The notes: a model not told the origin generated them from the sequence alone. Shown: positions 24,801-35,546, counted from the first letter of the stretch. The stretch: DNA of 64,000 nt from Antedon mediterranea (GCF_964355755.1 NC_092673.1:16278948-16342947), one strand, 5' to 3'. Numbers and translations: made by a program.

Positions 24801-27580
24801 TTGGTAAAGACATATCAAGATAGCTGGAGTATGATTATGGACTTTGAACATAGAGGGATCATTGATGAGGATTTCACAAAGATGGTTGAGTTTCTTAGAG
24901 TTTTAGAACAAAATGGAATGACAAAAGCTAGGAAGATTTTCATTGATGGTTGGTTGATTTATTTGTTTGTATTTGTTGTTTAAATCATGGTTCATTGTTA
25001 AAACATATTCAGTACATACTGTAGTACACTTCAATCAAGTAAGAGTATTGTAACAAATTAAACATTTTAGGGAGATTCAAATTATTATGATGTCCCTGTC
25101 TGTCTGCTATTATAGCTGATTAAGGATATCAACCAACATTCGGTTAAATGGCAATTCAGCTGAATTAAATGACAAGTTAGTAAAATAACAATAATATGCT
25201 CAATGAGTCCAATGGAAAATGAACTGAACTGAAACGTATGTGTGTATTCCATGCTTTTATCCCTATCAATCAGATTGACCCAAACCTTTGGAACATAATA
25301 ATAATCTGCATTTTAAATTTGTGAATGCCTCTCAATTCCTACAAAGCCCAGCATACCATTTGAGGGTCAAAAGACCGACTCTGGGGCTGATTCAGATCTT
25401 TACTATTGCAAGAGGATCATTAAGTTGTATAAGAAAGCCACAGGTTGACAGCGTACCCATCACCACCTCCATGCCAATTAATGCACCCGGACACTTCATA
25501 AACTTGAGTTTAGATTATGTGACTTCTGCCTATCCCATTAATAACTTACTGAAACTAGAGAATGCAAAACTCCACCTACAATATAATTTTCCTACACATT
25601 AAAATCTCTCCCTGAGAAAAGTGGTTTGTTTTTTCAGTAAGGTAATTTGGCCTAATTGCACTGCATAACAAATTAATGTGAATTTTCCATGGTTGAAATC
25701 CTGCCTCAAATTGGGCTGAAGAAGGGAGTCTTTTTTAATCATTTCTTTTTTTTTAAATAATTTTTTTGTAAATTTTGACATTTGACCCTGCCTGTTCAAA
25801 ATTGAATTACATTATGATGGATAATTTTGGCCAAATTTCAGTTTAAAAGTGTGGCCTGGCAGGATATATAAAGAAAACATTTATAGTAGGTTGTGACCTT
25901 GACCTTTCATGGAAGCATCCACCTACGCAGAATGAAAAAAAAAAAACAAGAAGTCAACAAGTAGTCTACATAATTAGATTTATTCTAAATAAGTCTTAAG
26001 TATATATGTCTTCTGGTATAGGTATGTCTTCTGGTGCAGGCGCATCTTCTGGTGCAGGCGCATCTTCTGGTGCAGGCGCGTCTTCTGGTGCAGGTGTGTC
26101 TTCTGGTGCAGGTGTGTCTTCTGGTGCAGGTGTGTCTTCAGGTGCAGGTCTTTCGTCTGACACAGGTGAATGTCAAGGTAACTATCAAGGCACTAGAGCA
26201 ACACTGTACAGCAAAAAAATATATTATTGTTGATATTTAGCCAGGAGTTTTTGTATACAATATTAAAATAGACTAGAAATCTTTAATACCTTTCTATACT
26301 AAGTGATTGTAGTTGTTTATGTAGGGTGTAATCTAAATTGATTAAAATCTATATTTATCAGGCAACCTTAAAATAACTTGGAAGTTTTTCTTTGACTTTC
26401 TCCAAATCTATTCTGTTCATTTCCTTTTCAGGTAGACATTATACATTAATCCTGTTTGTTGCTTATTGTTCACACAATATCAGCTTAGATAATTAAACTT
26501 TCCAAAATGTTATCACAAATGTTCGTTTAAAGTTTATATGAATGTTTCTATGTAATAGTCAGCAGTTATCGTATAGCATATACTTAAAGACGTATTGTCC
26601 CCCAAAAACATGAAAAATGAAGATTAATTAAATCAGACTTTGAATAGGTTGTTATGTAGTTTTAAAAAAGTAAATCACTTCCGAAGAAAAAAAACGGAAA
26701 AAAATAATGTTTTCACTTATAAAATAACATGATAAATGGTTAAATTCAACCAAAAATCCATTGGCTGGCAGCCAATTTTACCATTTTTTGCTTTAACTTC
26801 CAGTTTTTTCAGGTAAATAATTTTTTTTTTCGATCCAATTTTTGCTCAAAGTCAATAACTATTAGTGACATTAAAATGGCATATTCAACAACAAAAATTT
26901 AAAAAAAATATTTTTCAGGGGGACAAATCAACAAACATCCAACCTATTTATTTTTTATTTAATCAAATTTATTTAATTTTAACATACTATTAAATGTTTT
27001 AGGTTTAACTGTGTTCATACTTTGTTAAGGGTTAGGGTGTTTAATTGTTTAATTATTTCTCACCATATCTATTACTTAATGAGCTTGCTTTGTTGTTATT
27101 TCAGGTATGCATCATGGCGGGTAAGTATTTTCCACATATGTACTGTTATTTGATCAAATTAAAATATAAGTTTGTTAATAAATTGGCAATTTCTGTGTGT
27201 GATTTACAGAATACATTAAACTTTTATTTTCATTTCATTTATTTTGCCATATAAAATGTATAAAAAAACAATTAAAAGAAAACAAAACCAATAAAAAAGA
27301 AAAAGATTACTCTCTGCCTCCCCACAAAGGCAGACAGGATTACCAAAAGCATAAGTAAACACTGTCTAGTGGCTCTCGTCAAGGTCAATACAGGGCTGGT
27401 GATAATCAACTAAAGCCTGTTTTCTAGTCTACGTTATTCAATTTCAACACGATTGTTTGAAAACAATCAAGTTGAAAGAAACAACAATTTTAATGTTAAT
27501 ACTTTATTAGAATTTTAATTATTTAATTGTACCTTGTTATTTCTAGTCAAAAAGAAAAGAGACGTTGCAAGTTGTTATAA
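2153..27580 (+). CDS. Spliced gene, 5'-incomplete: acidic repeat region - ZU5(HFS) - UPA-like - tandem DED-like - GS linker - polybasic CaaX
   Basis: AG/GT-bounded, phase-compatible exons: 2153-2245, 3602-3664, 3958-4002, 4184-4297, 4514-4612, 6694-6718, 7993-8024, 12723-12815, 15806-15883, 16816-17327, 17664-17798, 18363-18504, (20060 or 20084)-20110 uncertain, 24146-24184, 24412-24948, 26022-26177, 27105-27120, 27547-27581 (TAA at 27578-27580). The frame stays open across all joins. Confidence 0.8.
2713..2800 (-). mobile_element. 5S rRNA-derived SINE head (SINE3-like) or 5S pseudogene
   Basis: Minus strand acggcc...cttgtctgatcaccaaagttaagca...cttggatggtagaccatctggga aligns with the 5S A-box and C-box region. 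Confidence 0.75.
3286..3550 (+). mobile_element. DINE-1/pearl/Tsp-like (Helentron-associated) non-autonomous repeat fragment
   Basis: (TG)n microsatellite followed by a repeated core ccacagtttttatccrattctcaccaaa and ggtcaaggtca motifs. Confidence 0.5.
4982..6119. mobile_element. Tiny palindromic element (about 52 bp) with 7-bp TSD, split by a MITE
   Basis: gtattat-CAGGGAAGAGTTAAATTACAAT...ATTGTAATTTAA[insert]CTCTTCCCTG-gtattat. Confidence 0.7.
5024..6106. mobile_element. PIF/Harbinger-type MITE
   Basis: TIR of about 45 bp starting GGCCCTGTTCAGACCCATGGCGTTAGACCG; TAA TSD on both sides. Confidence 0.88.
7388..7956. repeat. Minisatellite, 59-66 bp unit, about 9 copies
   Basis: gggagtggggagggtttgctagaaccat...acgagtctgttatccttattata repeated. 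Confidence 0.95.
8113..8734 (+). mobile_element. Solo LTR (4-bp TSD, Gypsy-like)
   Basis: TGTAATATAA...TTATATTACA ends; TSD tcag; AATAAA at 8661. The empty site is visible in the paralogous intron at about 4351-4370. Confidence 0.85.
8830..10400 (+). mobile_element. 5'-truncated CR1/L2-group LINE (RT domain, ORF 8892-10355)
   Basis: NYRPISVL, QSGFRP, FIDLRKAFD, GIPQGSNLGP, FADD, HKHLG motifs. Upstream KSAGHDGI...IIAPFLTQII is in another frame (frameshift near 8955). No endonuclease domain. Confidence 0.93.
10482..11815 (+). mobile_element. Non-autonomous Helitron-like element (other copies: 1-1245, 5'-clipped by the window; 14230-~14700, diverged)
   Basis: 5' end a^TCTATATATAA is shared with 14230. 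A GC-rich hairpin tagatggtacgc-N11-gcgtaccatcta lies near the presumed 3' end. The terminus reads CTAT rather than CTRR, so the 3' boundary is uncertain. Confidence 0.55.
10571..13000 (+). repeat. Copy 2 of the segmental duplication, carrying a duplicate exon at 12723-12815
   Basis: Identity to 1-2430 ends after aacaaatgga. Confidence 0.95.
13952..14010 (+). other. tRNA-like A/B-box segment inside an unclassified repeat (about 13125-14229)
   Basis: tggctcggtgg ... gagatcgagtctc; no full cloverleaf. Confidence 0.35.
14230..14700 (+). mobile_element. Diverged third copy of the Helitron-like 5' region
   Basis: Colinear with 10482-~10950 with many substitutions. Confidence 0.65.
16244..16308 (-). 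mobile_element. tRNA-derived SINE head
   Basis: Minus strand agctcggtggtc...ggaggtcatgggtttgagtcc (A and B boxes). Confidence 0.5.
16816..17327 (+). CDS. ZU5 domain exon (UNC5/ankyrin/PIDD type) and start of UPA
   Basis: VGSTGGTL...KLQIQPGAI...ISPIVKCGPEGTSFNKPISLSFPHDA...W...YITLIHFSFYALIG matches the ZU5 pattern; bounded by tgcag and gtaatt. Confidence 0.9.
17664..18504 (+). CDS. Two exons of a UPA-like beta domain (17664-17798, 18363-18504)
   Basis: In frame after ZU5: TIKEEHSEIGEKPLITPVDIL...ITVAVSQQEWKV and TVTAEYLWRG...KVLKATVSLSQ. UPA is inferred from position and beta-strand pattern. Confidence 0.65.
17975..18117. mobile_element. Short MITE (a half-copy lies at about 48315-48350)
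   Basis: ctctgtctacactrtcaaa ... tttgatagtgtagacagag inverted termini in tta context. Confidence 0.7.
19105..19180 (-). mobile_element. Second 5S-derived SINE head, within an intron block paralogous to 2490-2960
   Basis: Same 5S-like boxes; flanks 18880-19320 align with 2500-2935. Confidence 0.72.
19322..19954. mobile_element. Mutator/foldback-like MITE with subterminal repeats
   Basis: Arrays of gggacgattcggccc and gggccgaatcgtccc at the two ends; 9-bp TSD ctattagac; empty paralogous site at about 2927-2940. Confidence 0.85.
20460..24005 (-). mobile_element. Degenerate CR1-group (Crack/L2-like) LINE: 2A-like - PHD - APE - RT
   Basis: Frameshifted ORFs: GDVSPNPGP plus a Cys/His finger (23580-23993); HLNARSL, SESWL, GDFN (22987-23565); DHI, SDH; IDLQKAFD; YADD (20701-21639). 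3' AATAAA(ATCA)n tail at about 20460. Confidence 0.93.
24412..24948 (+). CDS. Tandem death effector domain (DED)-like exon
   Basis: Two helical units of about 80 aa: FWQLLID...LKKLKLLY...ERANSVWDLLQDL...LSPSNLTIL and LTPFRQKVYQLGVELTKDEV...SMIMDFEHRGII. These follow the caspase-8/cFLIP DED1-DED2 pattern; the RxDL motif is not conserved. Confidence 0.72.
26022..26177 (+). CDS. Exon made of 18-bp repeats encoding a (SSGAGA/V)n linker
   Basis: About 8 copies of TCTTCTGGTGCAGGY...; phase 1-1; donor caag/gtaact. Confidence 0.7.
26588..26929. mobile_element. TTAA-flanked (Kolobok-like) MITE; related inverted copy at 43715-43945
   Basis: ttaa-AGACGTATTGTCCCCC...GGGGGACAA; right end degraded. Confidence 0.55.
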
Positions 27581-27581
27581 G
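27105..27581 (+). CDS. Terminal micro-exons (16 nt and 35 nt) encoding GMHHGGQKEKRRCKLL*
   Basis: tttcag/GTATGCATCATGGCGG/gtaagt joined to ttctag/TCAAAAAGAAAAGAGACGTTGCAAGTTGTTATAAG/gtatag. Confidence 0.72.
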
Positions 27582-27584
27582 GTA

Positions 27585-27830
27585 TAGTATTTAACTTAAA
27601 ATTTAAATTTGTTTCTAAAGTCATGCATTGTTTTAGTATTTAACTTTAAATTTGAATTTGTTTCTAAAGTCATGCATTGTTTTAGTATTTAACTTTAAAT
27701 TTGAATTTGTTTCTAAAGTCATGCATTGTTTTAGTATTTAACTTTAAATTTGAATTTGTTTCTAAAGTCATGCATTGTTTTAGTATTTAACTTTAAATTT
27801 GAATTTGTTTCTAAATTCATTGCATTGTTT
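27585..27830. repeat. Minisatellite, 49 bp, about 5 copies
   Basis: tagtatttaactttaaatttgaatttgtttctaaagtcatgcattgttt. Confidence 0.95.
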
Positions 27831-28677
27831 TTCTATTCAAAGACTAATGTAGTTTCAAAATGTAAGAAATCATTTGTCTTTTTTCCTACAAAACCTATAA
27901 AATGCTTTTTGTTGTAGTCATTTGCAGTATTTTAAAACAACTTTAAATGAAAGCACTCAAGAATATTTCTAAAAAGATGAGGATTTATGAAACATTTTTC
28001 TCTTTTAGATTACTGGTTGGTAGTTACTGTATATATGATGGATTAACTGCTGTTGGTGGCTGCAGTATCTGGTGTGTACATAGTGACCAGGTCTCTTACT
28101 CAGTCAAAAAATGCAACAGATGAAAAACAGTACACTCTTCACCAATCTAACAGTAGATTTCATACATTTTAAAGGCATTGTATGGATAATATTGAAGATA
28201 GATGTGAAATTATAAAGATATGAAAGCATATGGAAGTTTTGACACAATGACAAATGAATAAAGATCTAGAGAGTTATTGCCATCAGAGTCAAAGTTACAA
28301 TCCGCTACCACCACCCCTCTTTTTATAAAAAACCAAATAAACAAAAAAATTATTTTCCCCTCAAGAAATTCAGCCATGCTTGTCAGATGAAACGACAACA
28401 TTGATTTAAGAATTTTTGTAAAATACAGCTTTCTTAAAAAAGAACTTTACAAATTTCAGTTTATTACCATTCCAAATTCTATTATTGATTTTATAAAAAG
28501 AATAAAAAAATAAAATTAGACTTTTTAGTTTGCCTCAAGGAAATTGTGTAATTGACCAAAAAAGGACCAAAGAAAAAAGAAATCATTAAATGAAATAAAG
28601 TAGGTAATGCAATGCCTGTATTATGTATTTAAATAATAACTCATGTTTGATATTTAGTTTTATTAAGCTTAACATCC

Positions 28678-29160
28678 TGTAGTAAACAGTTGTCAACATA
28701 TAGAAGCTGTAACTCAGTTGTCAATTGTGCACTCAATGCTGTAGTAGACAGTTGTCAACATATTGAAGCTGTAACTCAGTTGTCAATTGTGTACACAATG
28801 CTGTAGTAGACAGTTGTCAACATATTGAAGCTGTAACTCAGTTGTCAATTGTGTACTCAATGCTGTAGTAGACAGTTGTCAACATATTGAAGCTGTAACT
28901 CAGTTGTCAATTGTGTACTCAATGCTGTAGTAGACAGTTGTCAACATATTGAAGCTGTAACTCAGTTGTCAATTGTCTACTCAATGCTGTAGTAGACAGT
29001 TGTCAACATATTGAAGCTGTAACTCAGTTGTCAATTGTGTACTCAATGCTGTAGTAGACAGTTGTCAACATATTGAAGCTGTAACTCAGTTGTCAATTGT
29101 GTACTCAATGCTGTAGTAGACAGTTGTCAACATATTGAAGCTGTAACTCAGTTGTCAATT
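28678..29160. repeat. Minisatellite, 62 bp, about 8 copies (two related halves of about 31 bp)
   Basis: ctgtagtagacagttgtcaacatattgaag + ctgtaactcagttgtcaattgtgtactcaatg. Confidence 0.95.
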
Positions 29161-29645
29161 CTACTCATTTATTTTGTCATTTCATATTGAAAACCAATTA
29201 ATCTTATAAAAATAGTAAGCATGTCTGTCTGTCCATTTTCAAATAGTATTGTATGATTACAGTTTAGATATCTGTTACATAATTAGCATACACATTTTGA
29301 TTGGTAGGATATGGGAACAAAAAGTGGGTTTTTTTTAATATTGATACAATATTTAGTTGGATGGAAAATTAGAGATGCCACTGCAGCTATAAACATGTTA
29401 AAGTAAAATAAAAATTTGATAAATGAAGAAAATTCAAATTAATAAGAGGACGCGATGGGGTATGAGGGAAGCAAATGGGTGTTTGATATAATGATACTGA
29501 TGATAATAATGTTGCTATTTTTTTGTATTAATAATGCGGTAGTTATGATTAATGATGCTAAATTGTATTTTAAATCAAGAAATCCTGTAATAATTTAGAC
29601 CCATGACAATCTAAGTGTATTGTAACCAAGACAACAACATTTTCC

Positions 29646-31090
29646 ACACAATTTGTTGTGGATAAATCCAAAAGCTGTAGGAATCACTGTATTTATAGTA
29701 CAGGGATTTTAACAACACAATTTGTTGTGGATAAATCCAAAAGCTGTAGGAATCACTGTATTTATAGTACAGGAATTTTAACAACACAATTTGTTGTGGA
29801 TAAATCTAAAAGCTGTAGGAATCACTGTATTTATAGTACAGGGATTTTAACAACACAATTTGTTGTGGATAAATCTAAAAGCTGTAGGAATCCCTGTATT
29901 TATAGTACATGGATTTTAACAACACAATTTGTTGTGGATAAATCCAAAAGCTGTAGGAATCACTGTATTTATAGTACAGGGATTTTAACAACACAATTTG
30001 TTGTGGATAAATCTAAAAGCTGTAGGAATCCCTGTATTTATAGTACAGGGATTTTAACAACACAATTTGTTGTGAATAAATCCAAAAGCTGTAGGAATCA
30101 CTGTATTTATAGTACAGGGATTTTAACAACACAATTTGTTGTGGATAAATCCAAAAGCTGTAGGAATCACTGTATTTATAGTACAGGGATTTTAACAACA
30201 CAATTTGTTGTGGATAAATCTAAAAGCTGTAGGAATCATTGTATTTATAGAACAGGGATTTTAACAACACAATTTGTTGTGGATAAATCTAAAAGCTGTA
30301 GGAATCACTGTATTTATAGTACAGGGATTTTAACAACACAATTGTTGTGGATAAATCTAAAAGCTGTAGAAATCACTGTATTATAGTACAGGGATTTTAA
30401 CAACACAATTTGTTGTGGATAAATCTAAAAGCTGTAGGAATCCCTGTATTTATAGTACAGGGATTTTAACAACACAATTTGTTGTGGATAAATCCAAAAG
30501 CTGTAGAAATCACTGTATTTATAGTACAGGGATTTTAACAACACAATTTGTTGTGGATAAATCCAAAAGCTGTAGGAATCACTGTATTTATAGTACAGGG
30601 ATTTTAACAACACAATTTGTTGTGGATAAATCCAAAAGCTGTAGGAATCACTGTATTTATAGTACAGGGATTTTAACAACACAATTTGTTGTGGATAAAT
30701 CTAAAAGCTGTAGGAATCCCTGTATTTATAGTACAGGGATTTTAACAACACAATTTGTTGTGGATAAATCTAAAAGCTGTAGGAATCCCTGTATTTATAG
30801 TACAGGGATTTTAACAACACAATTTGTTGTGAATAAATCCAAAAGCTGTAGGAATCACTGTATTTATAGTACAGGGATTTTAACAACACAATTTGTTGTG
30901 GATAAATCTAAAAGCTGTAGGAATCACTGTATTTATAGTACAGGGATTTTAACAACACAATTTGTTGTGGATAAATCTAAAAGCTGTAGGAATCACTGTA
31001 TTTATAGTACAGGGATTTTAACAACACAATTTGTTGTGGATAAATCTAAAAGCTGTAGGAATCACTGTATTTATAGTACAGGAATTTTTA
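29646..31090. repeat. Minisatellite, 69 bp, about 21 copies
   Basis: cacaatttgttgtggataaatcyaaaagctgtaggaatcactgtatttatagtacagggattttaacaa. Confidence 0.97.
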
Positions 31091-31220
31091 CAAAAAATGA
31101 CCAAATTGATAATGATGTTATTATATTAGTGATGTGCAATTGTCAGTCTGTGTTAACTGTCACCCTTTTTAATTCATATTTTGCAATATCAATGTTGTCA
31201 TCCTTCATGCTGCTTTTTGG

Positions 31221-33000
31221 TTTGGCCTACTGATTAATAGACCTACTGTAAATATATAATAAGTCAATTAACATTACTATTTTGTTCTCTCTTGGTTAAA
31301 GTTTGGCCTACTGTACTTAATAGGCCTATAATAAATATAATAAGTCAATTAACATTACTATTTTGTTCTCTCTTGGTTAAAGTTTGGCCTACTGTACTTA
31401 ATAGGCCTATAATAAATATAATAAGTCAATTAACATTACTATTTTGTTCTCTCTTAGTTAAAGTGTGACCTACTGTACTTAATAGGCCTAACAATAAATA
31501 TAATAAGTCAATTCACATTAATATTTTGTTCTCTCTTGTTTAAAGTTTGGCCTACTGTACTAAATAGGCCTAACAATAAATATAATAAGTCAATTAACAT
31601 TACTATTTTGTTCTCTCTTGGTTAAAGTTTGGCCTACTGTACTTAATAGGCCTATAATAAATATAATAAGTCAATTAACATTAATATTTTGTTCTCTCTT
31701 AGTTAAAGTTTGGCCTACTGTACTAAATAGGCCTAACAATAAATATAATAAGTCAATTAACATTACTATTTTGTTCTCTCTTGGTTAAAGTTTGGCCTAC
31801 TGTACTTAATAGGCCTATAATAAATATAATAAGTCAATTAACATTACTATTTTGTTCTCTTTTAGTTAAAGTGTGACCTACTGTACTTAATAGGCCTAAC
31901 AATAAATATAATAAGTCAATTCACATTAATATTTTGTTCTCTCTTAGTTAAAGTGTGACCTACTGTACTTAATAGGCCTAACAATAAATATAATAAGTCA
32001 ATTCACATTAATATTTTGTTCTCTCTTGTTTAAAGTTTGGCCTACTGTACTAAATAGGCCTAACAATAAATATAATAAGTCAATTAACATTACTATTTTG
32101 TTCTCTCTTGGTTAAAGTTTGGCCTACTGTACTTAATAGGCCTATAATAAATATAATAAGTCAATTAACATTAATATTTTGTTCTCTCTTAGTTAAAGTT
32201 TGGCCTACTGTACTAAATAGGCCTAACAATAAATATAATAAGTCAATTAACATTACTATTTTGTTCTCTCTTAGTTAAAGTTTGGCCTACTGTACTAAAT
32301 AGGCCTATAATAAATATAATAAGTCAATTCACATTAATATTTTGTTCTCTCTTGGTTAAAGTTTGGCCTACTGTACTAAATAGGCCTATAATAAATATAA
32401 TAAGTCAATTCATATTAATATTTTGTTCTCTCTTAGTTAAAGTTTGGCCTACTGTACTTAATAGGCCTAACAATAAATATAATAAGTCAATTCACATTAA
32501 TATTTTGTTCTCTCTTATTTAAAGTTTGACCTACTGTACTAAATAGGCCTATAATAAATATAATAAGTCAATTCATATTAATATTTTGTTCTCTCTTAGT
32601 TAAAGTTTGGCCTACTGTACTTAATAGGCCTAACAATAAATATAATAAGTCAATTAACATTACTATTTTGTTCTCTCTTAGTTAAAGTTTGACCTACTGT
32701 ACTTAATAGGCCTACAATAAATATAATAAGTCAATTAACATTACTATTTTGTTCTCTCTTAGTTAAAGTTTGGCCTACTGTACTTAATAGGCCTAACAAT
32801 AAATATAATAAGTCAATTAACATTACTATTTTGTTCTCTCTTAGTTAAAGTTTGGCCTACTGTACTTAATAGGCCTACAATAAATATAATAAGTCAATTC
32901 ACATTAATATTTTGTTCTCTCTTAGTTAAAGTGTGGCCTACTGTACTAGGCCTAACAATAAATAGAATAAGTCAATTAACATTAATATTTTGTTCTTTCT
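31221..33000. repeat. Minisatellite, 81-82 bp, about 22 copies
   Basis: aagtcaattaacattactattttgttctctcttrgttaaagtttggcctactgtacttaataggccta... Confidence 0.97.
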
Positions 33001-33847
33001 TTTCTAAGTTTGTAAAATTACAAAAACAAAACATGACAAACACATATGTGTTTGTTCTGTTTTTTTGTTGTAATTTTGAACATATTTACATTAATTATAA
33101 ATAACTAACATGTGCATATTATGCAAATGAGACCAGGTAAACGGAAGTACAGAACGGTGTTTAAATATAATGAATTGAATAAATTGTACATTTTTTTGTA
33201 CAGAACTGAATTATATTTTTTATATGAATGAATTTTCTAATACCTATTTGTTGAAAACGAAATGTTTTATATTTTGATATTTTTCACTTTTAATTCAATT
33301 TTGTAAATTAAAACTCAATTAAGTATTTATGCTGCTGTGTTTTAATGTTTATATTCATATTTTTATAATAAATACTAATGAATGAAAAGCTTTTTTTTGT
33401 TTGTAAGGATTGTGTGTTTGTTTGGAAGGGGGAGATTTTAACATCGAGGTGATCATTATACTGTATCAAAATGTACGTGCTTTGCTATTCATCGTATATT
33501 ATACAAAATATTCCACCAATCCAGAGAGTAATAAAGTTCTTCGATAATTACACATATAATGTTACGTAGAAAAATAGTGGTTGCGCCCTCTATAAAAAAT
33601 AAAAGTTTATTCACCCACCAACAAACCACTCACAACATGTCGAAGAATGTCAAACACAAGAAGTAAGTTTTTGTTTCATAATATTATCATATACCATATC
33701 ATATACGGTATACGGTATATACTGTATCCTAGGCCTGCCTACTTAGTACTATATTATATCAGCCTAGATAGGCCTAGCTAGGCTAGTTCTAAGTAGCTGG
33801 GGCAGGCCCTACCTCTAGCTATCAAAAAAGGCTTTTTAGTGGGCCTA

Positions 33848-34731
33848 GGGTAGATGTACCAGACCTCGGCAGGTTACAGGGAAATTCGTTATTTACGTGT
33901 ATTTTTTAAAAGCATCACAAAATATTTTTTGGTAAAGTTTTTAGTATTTATATAAGTAGTAAATACAGTGTGAATTATCAAATAAATATTTATAATTAAC
34001 AAACAATAATAAAAAATGTGTTTTTTATTTATTTACCAAACCTCGGCATGTGTCTGCCAATCCTCGGCATACGCTGCCCAAGCAAGCCCTGGAATTACGC
34101 GCGAGCGATTGCGCAATCGATCGTCGATGAAATAGCAGGCCTAGCTAGGCTAGGCCTAGCAATGGCCAGATGTGAAATAAATGAGTCAAAAAACAGCAAT
34201 ATTAAATTTATTTTACCAACAATTATATTTTGAATAAAATTTAATAAACCACATTGCAAATAATTTAATTTAATTAGTTATTTCCGTTAGGTGCCGAAGT
34301 CTGGCACATATCATTAATTATCAACCAAACATCTTAACACCCCTCATAAACCCTATATTTTTTCATTGGTTTGAAAATGGAATATTCTGGAATGTTGCTA
34401 CACTACAGTAGGAGCCTATTTCAATCCCAGACGTGTCCCTCGTGTGTAATTTTTCATGCCCTGGAACTTTAAATGGAACAGTCAGGTGTTAGCTCATTGG
34501 TCTATTTTGCTGAAATGTCACTTCCGGTTTTCAGGTTTCAGTTTTTATGGCTACTGGCAGACATGTTTCGCTGGTGTCTATAAACGATCGGTGGTTTATA
34601 TTTACCCCCTATAAATAAAGTATATTATACGTTAAGATAAACAAAAAATATCAATTATTTAATTAATTATAACTAATATAAATACAACCTGCCGAGGTTT
34701 GGCACATTGCCGAGGTCTGGTACATCTACCC
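33848..34731. mobile_element. MITE with 24-bp perfect TIR and TA flanks
   Basis: GGGTAGATGTACCAGACCTCGGCA ... TGCCGAGGTCTGGTACATCTACCC; internal cctcggca repeats. Confidence 0.85.
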
Positions 34732-34922
34732 TAGGCTAGAGTAGAAAGCTGAGGGAGTCTCCACAACATGTCGTTAGAGAACATATCAACTGCATTGTGA
34801 TTGGTCCTAAGACGAACATAACACATGGATGGATGAAGCTGTTTTAAAGTGGGATTCTGGGTTTAAAATTGCTTTTAAATATCGTTTTTTATTAAATAAA
34901 AAGTATTATAACTAGGCCTAGG

Positions 34923-35546
34923 CCCCGGGGGGGTCACTCTTAAATATTTCCATACGGAGGGAGGTGCCGCATTTACGGGTATATTTTCGAGGGCCTGGTA
35001 GCACAAATATTGGGAGTTGGTAGCACAAGTGTGGGAAATGACAGGGTGAAATTAGTAGTTTAAGTCCCTGGTCGCCCACCCGTGTCAAAATTTCACGATT
35101 TATCGCCAAATTTTGCAGGAATTTTAGCTTACTGGATGCTATAAGCCCGGCTATATAAGCCCATCGCGGGGCCCATCGCTAAATACCTTTTAATAGAGTT
35201 TTCCCCGAGAGTTTTCGCATCATCAGTATAACACGAAACATAGCTGGCCTAGGACAAAATCATTCAACTGTGACCACTCTTGATCATCGGTGGTGTGCAC
35301 CACCGCAAACGCGTCAAAATTTGCCATGAACGGTGGAGGTCTCTTTGGCCATGCGCAGATCATGCTGGGAACCAGTACAAATATTGCGCCATCTTTGGCG
35401 TGGCCTTGATTTTGGTAAATGGTAGTTTAAGTCCGTAGCATTTTTCAGTAAAACAGGTAGCGCAAGTGCCTCATGTCTTGAAGTGGCTGCGGCACCCCCT
35501 TGTTTGGTTTATATACAAGTAACCCCCCTCCCCCCCCCCCCCGGGG
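34923..35546. mobile_element. Non-autonomous DNA element with CCCGGG(G)n ... (C)nCCGGG ends
   Basis: ccccgggggggtcact ... agtaacccccc..ccgggg in ctaggcc flanks. Confidence 0.6.

Noticed and set aside
29658-31233. 242-aa and 272-aa ORFs with a 23-aa Cys/His repeat
   Set aside because: Translation of a 69-bp minisatellite; broken by indels, with no splice sites or unique coding flanks.
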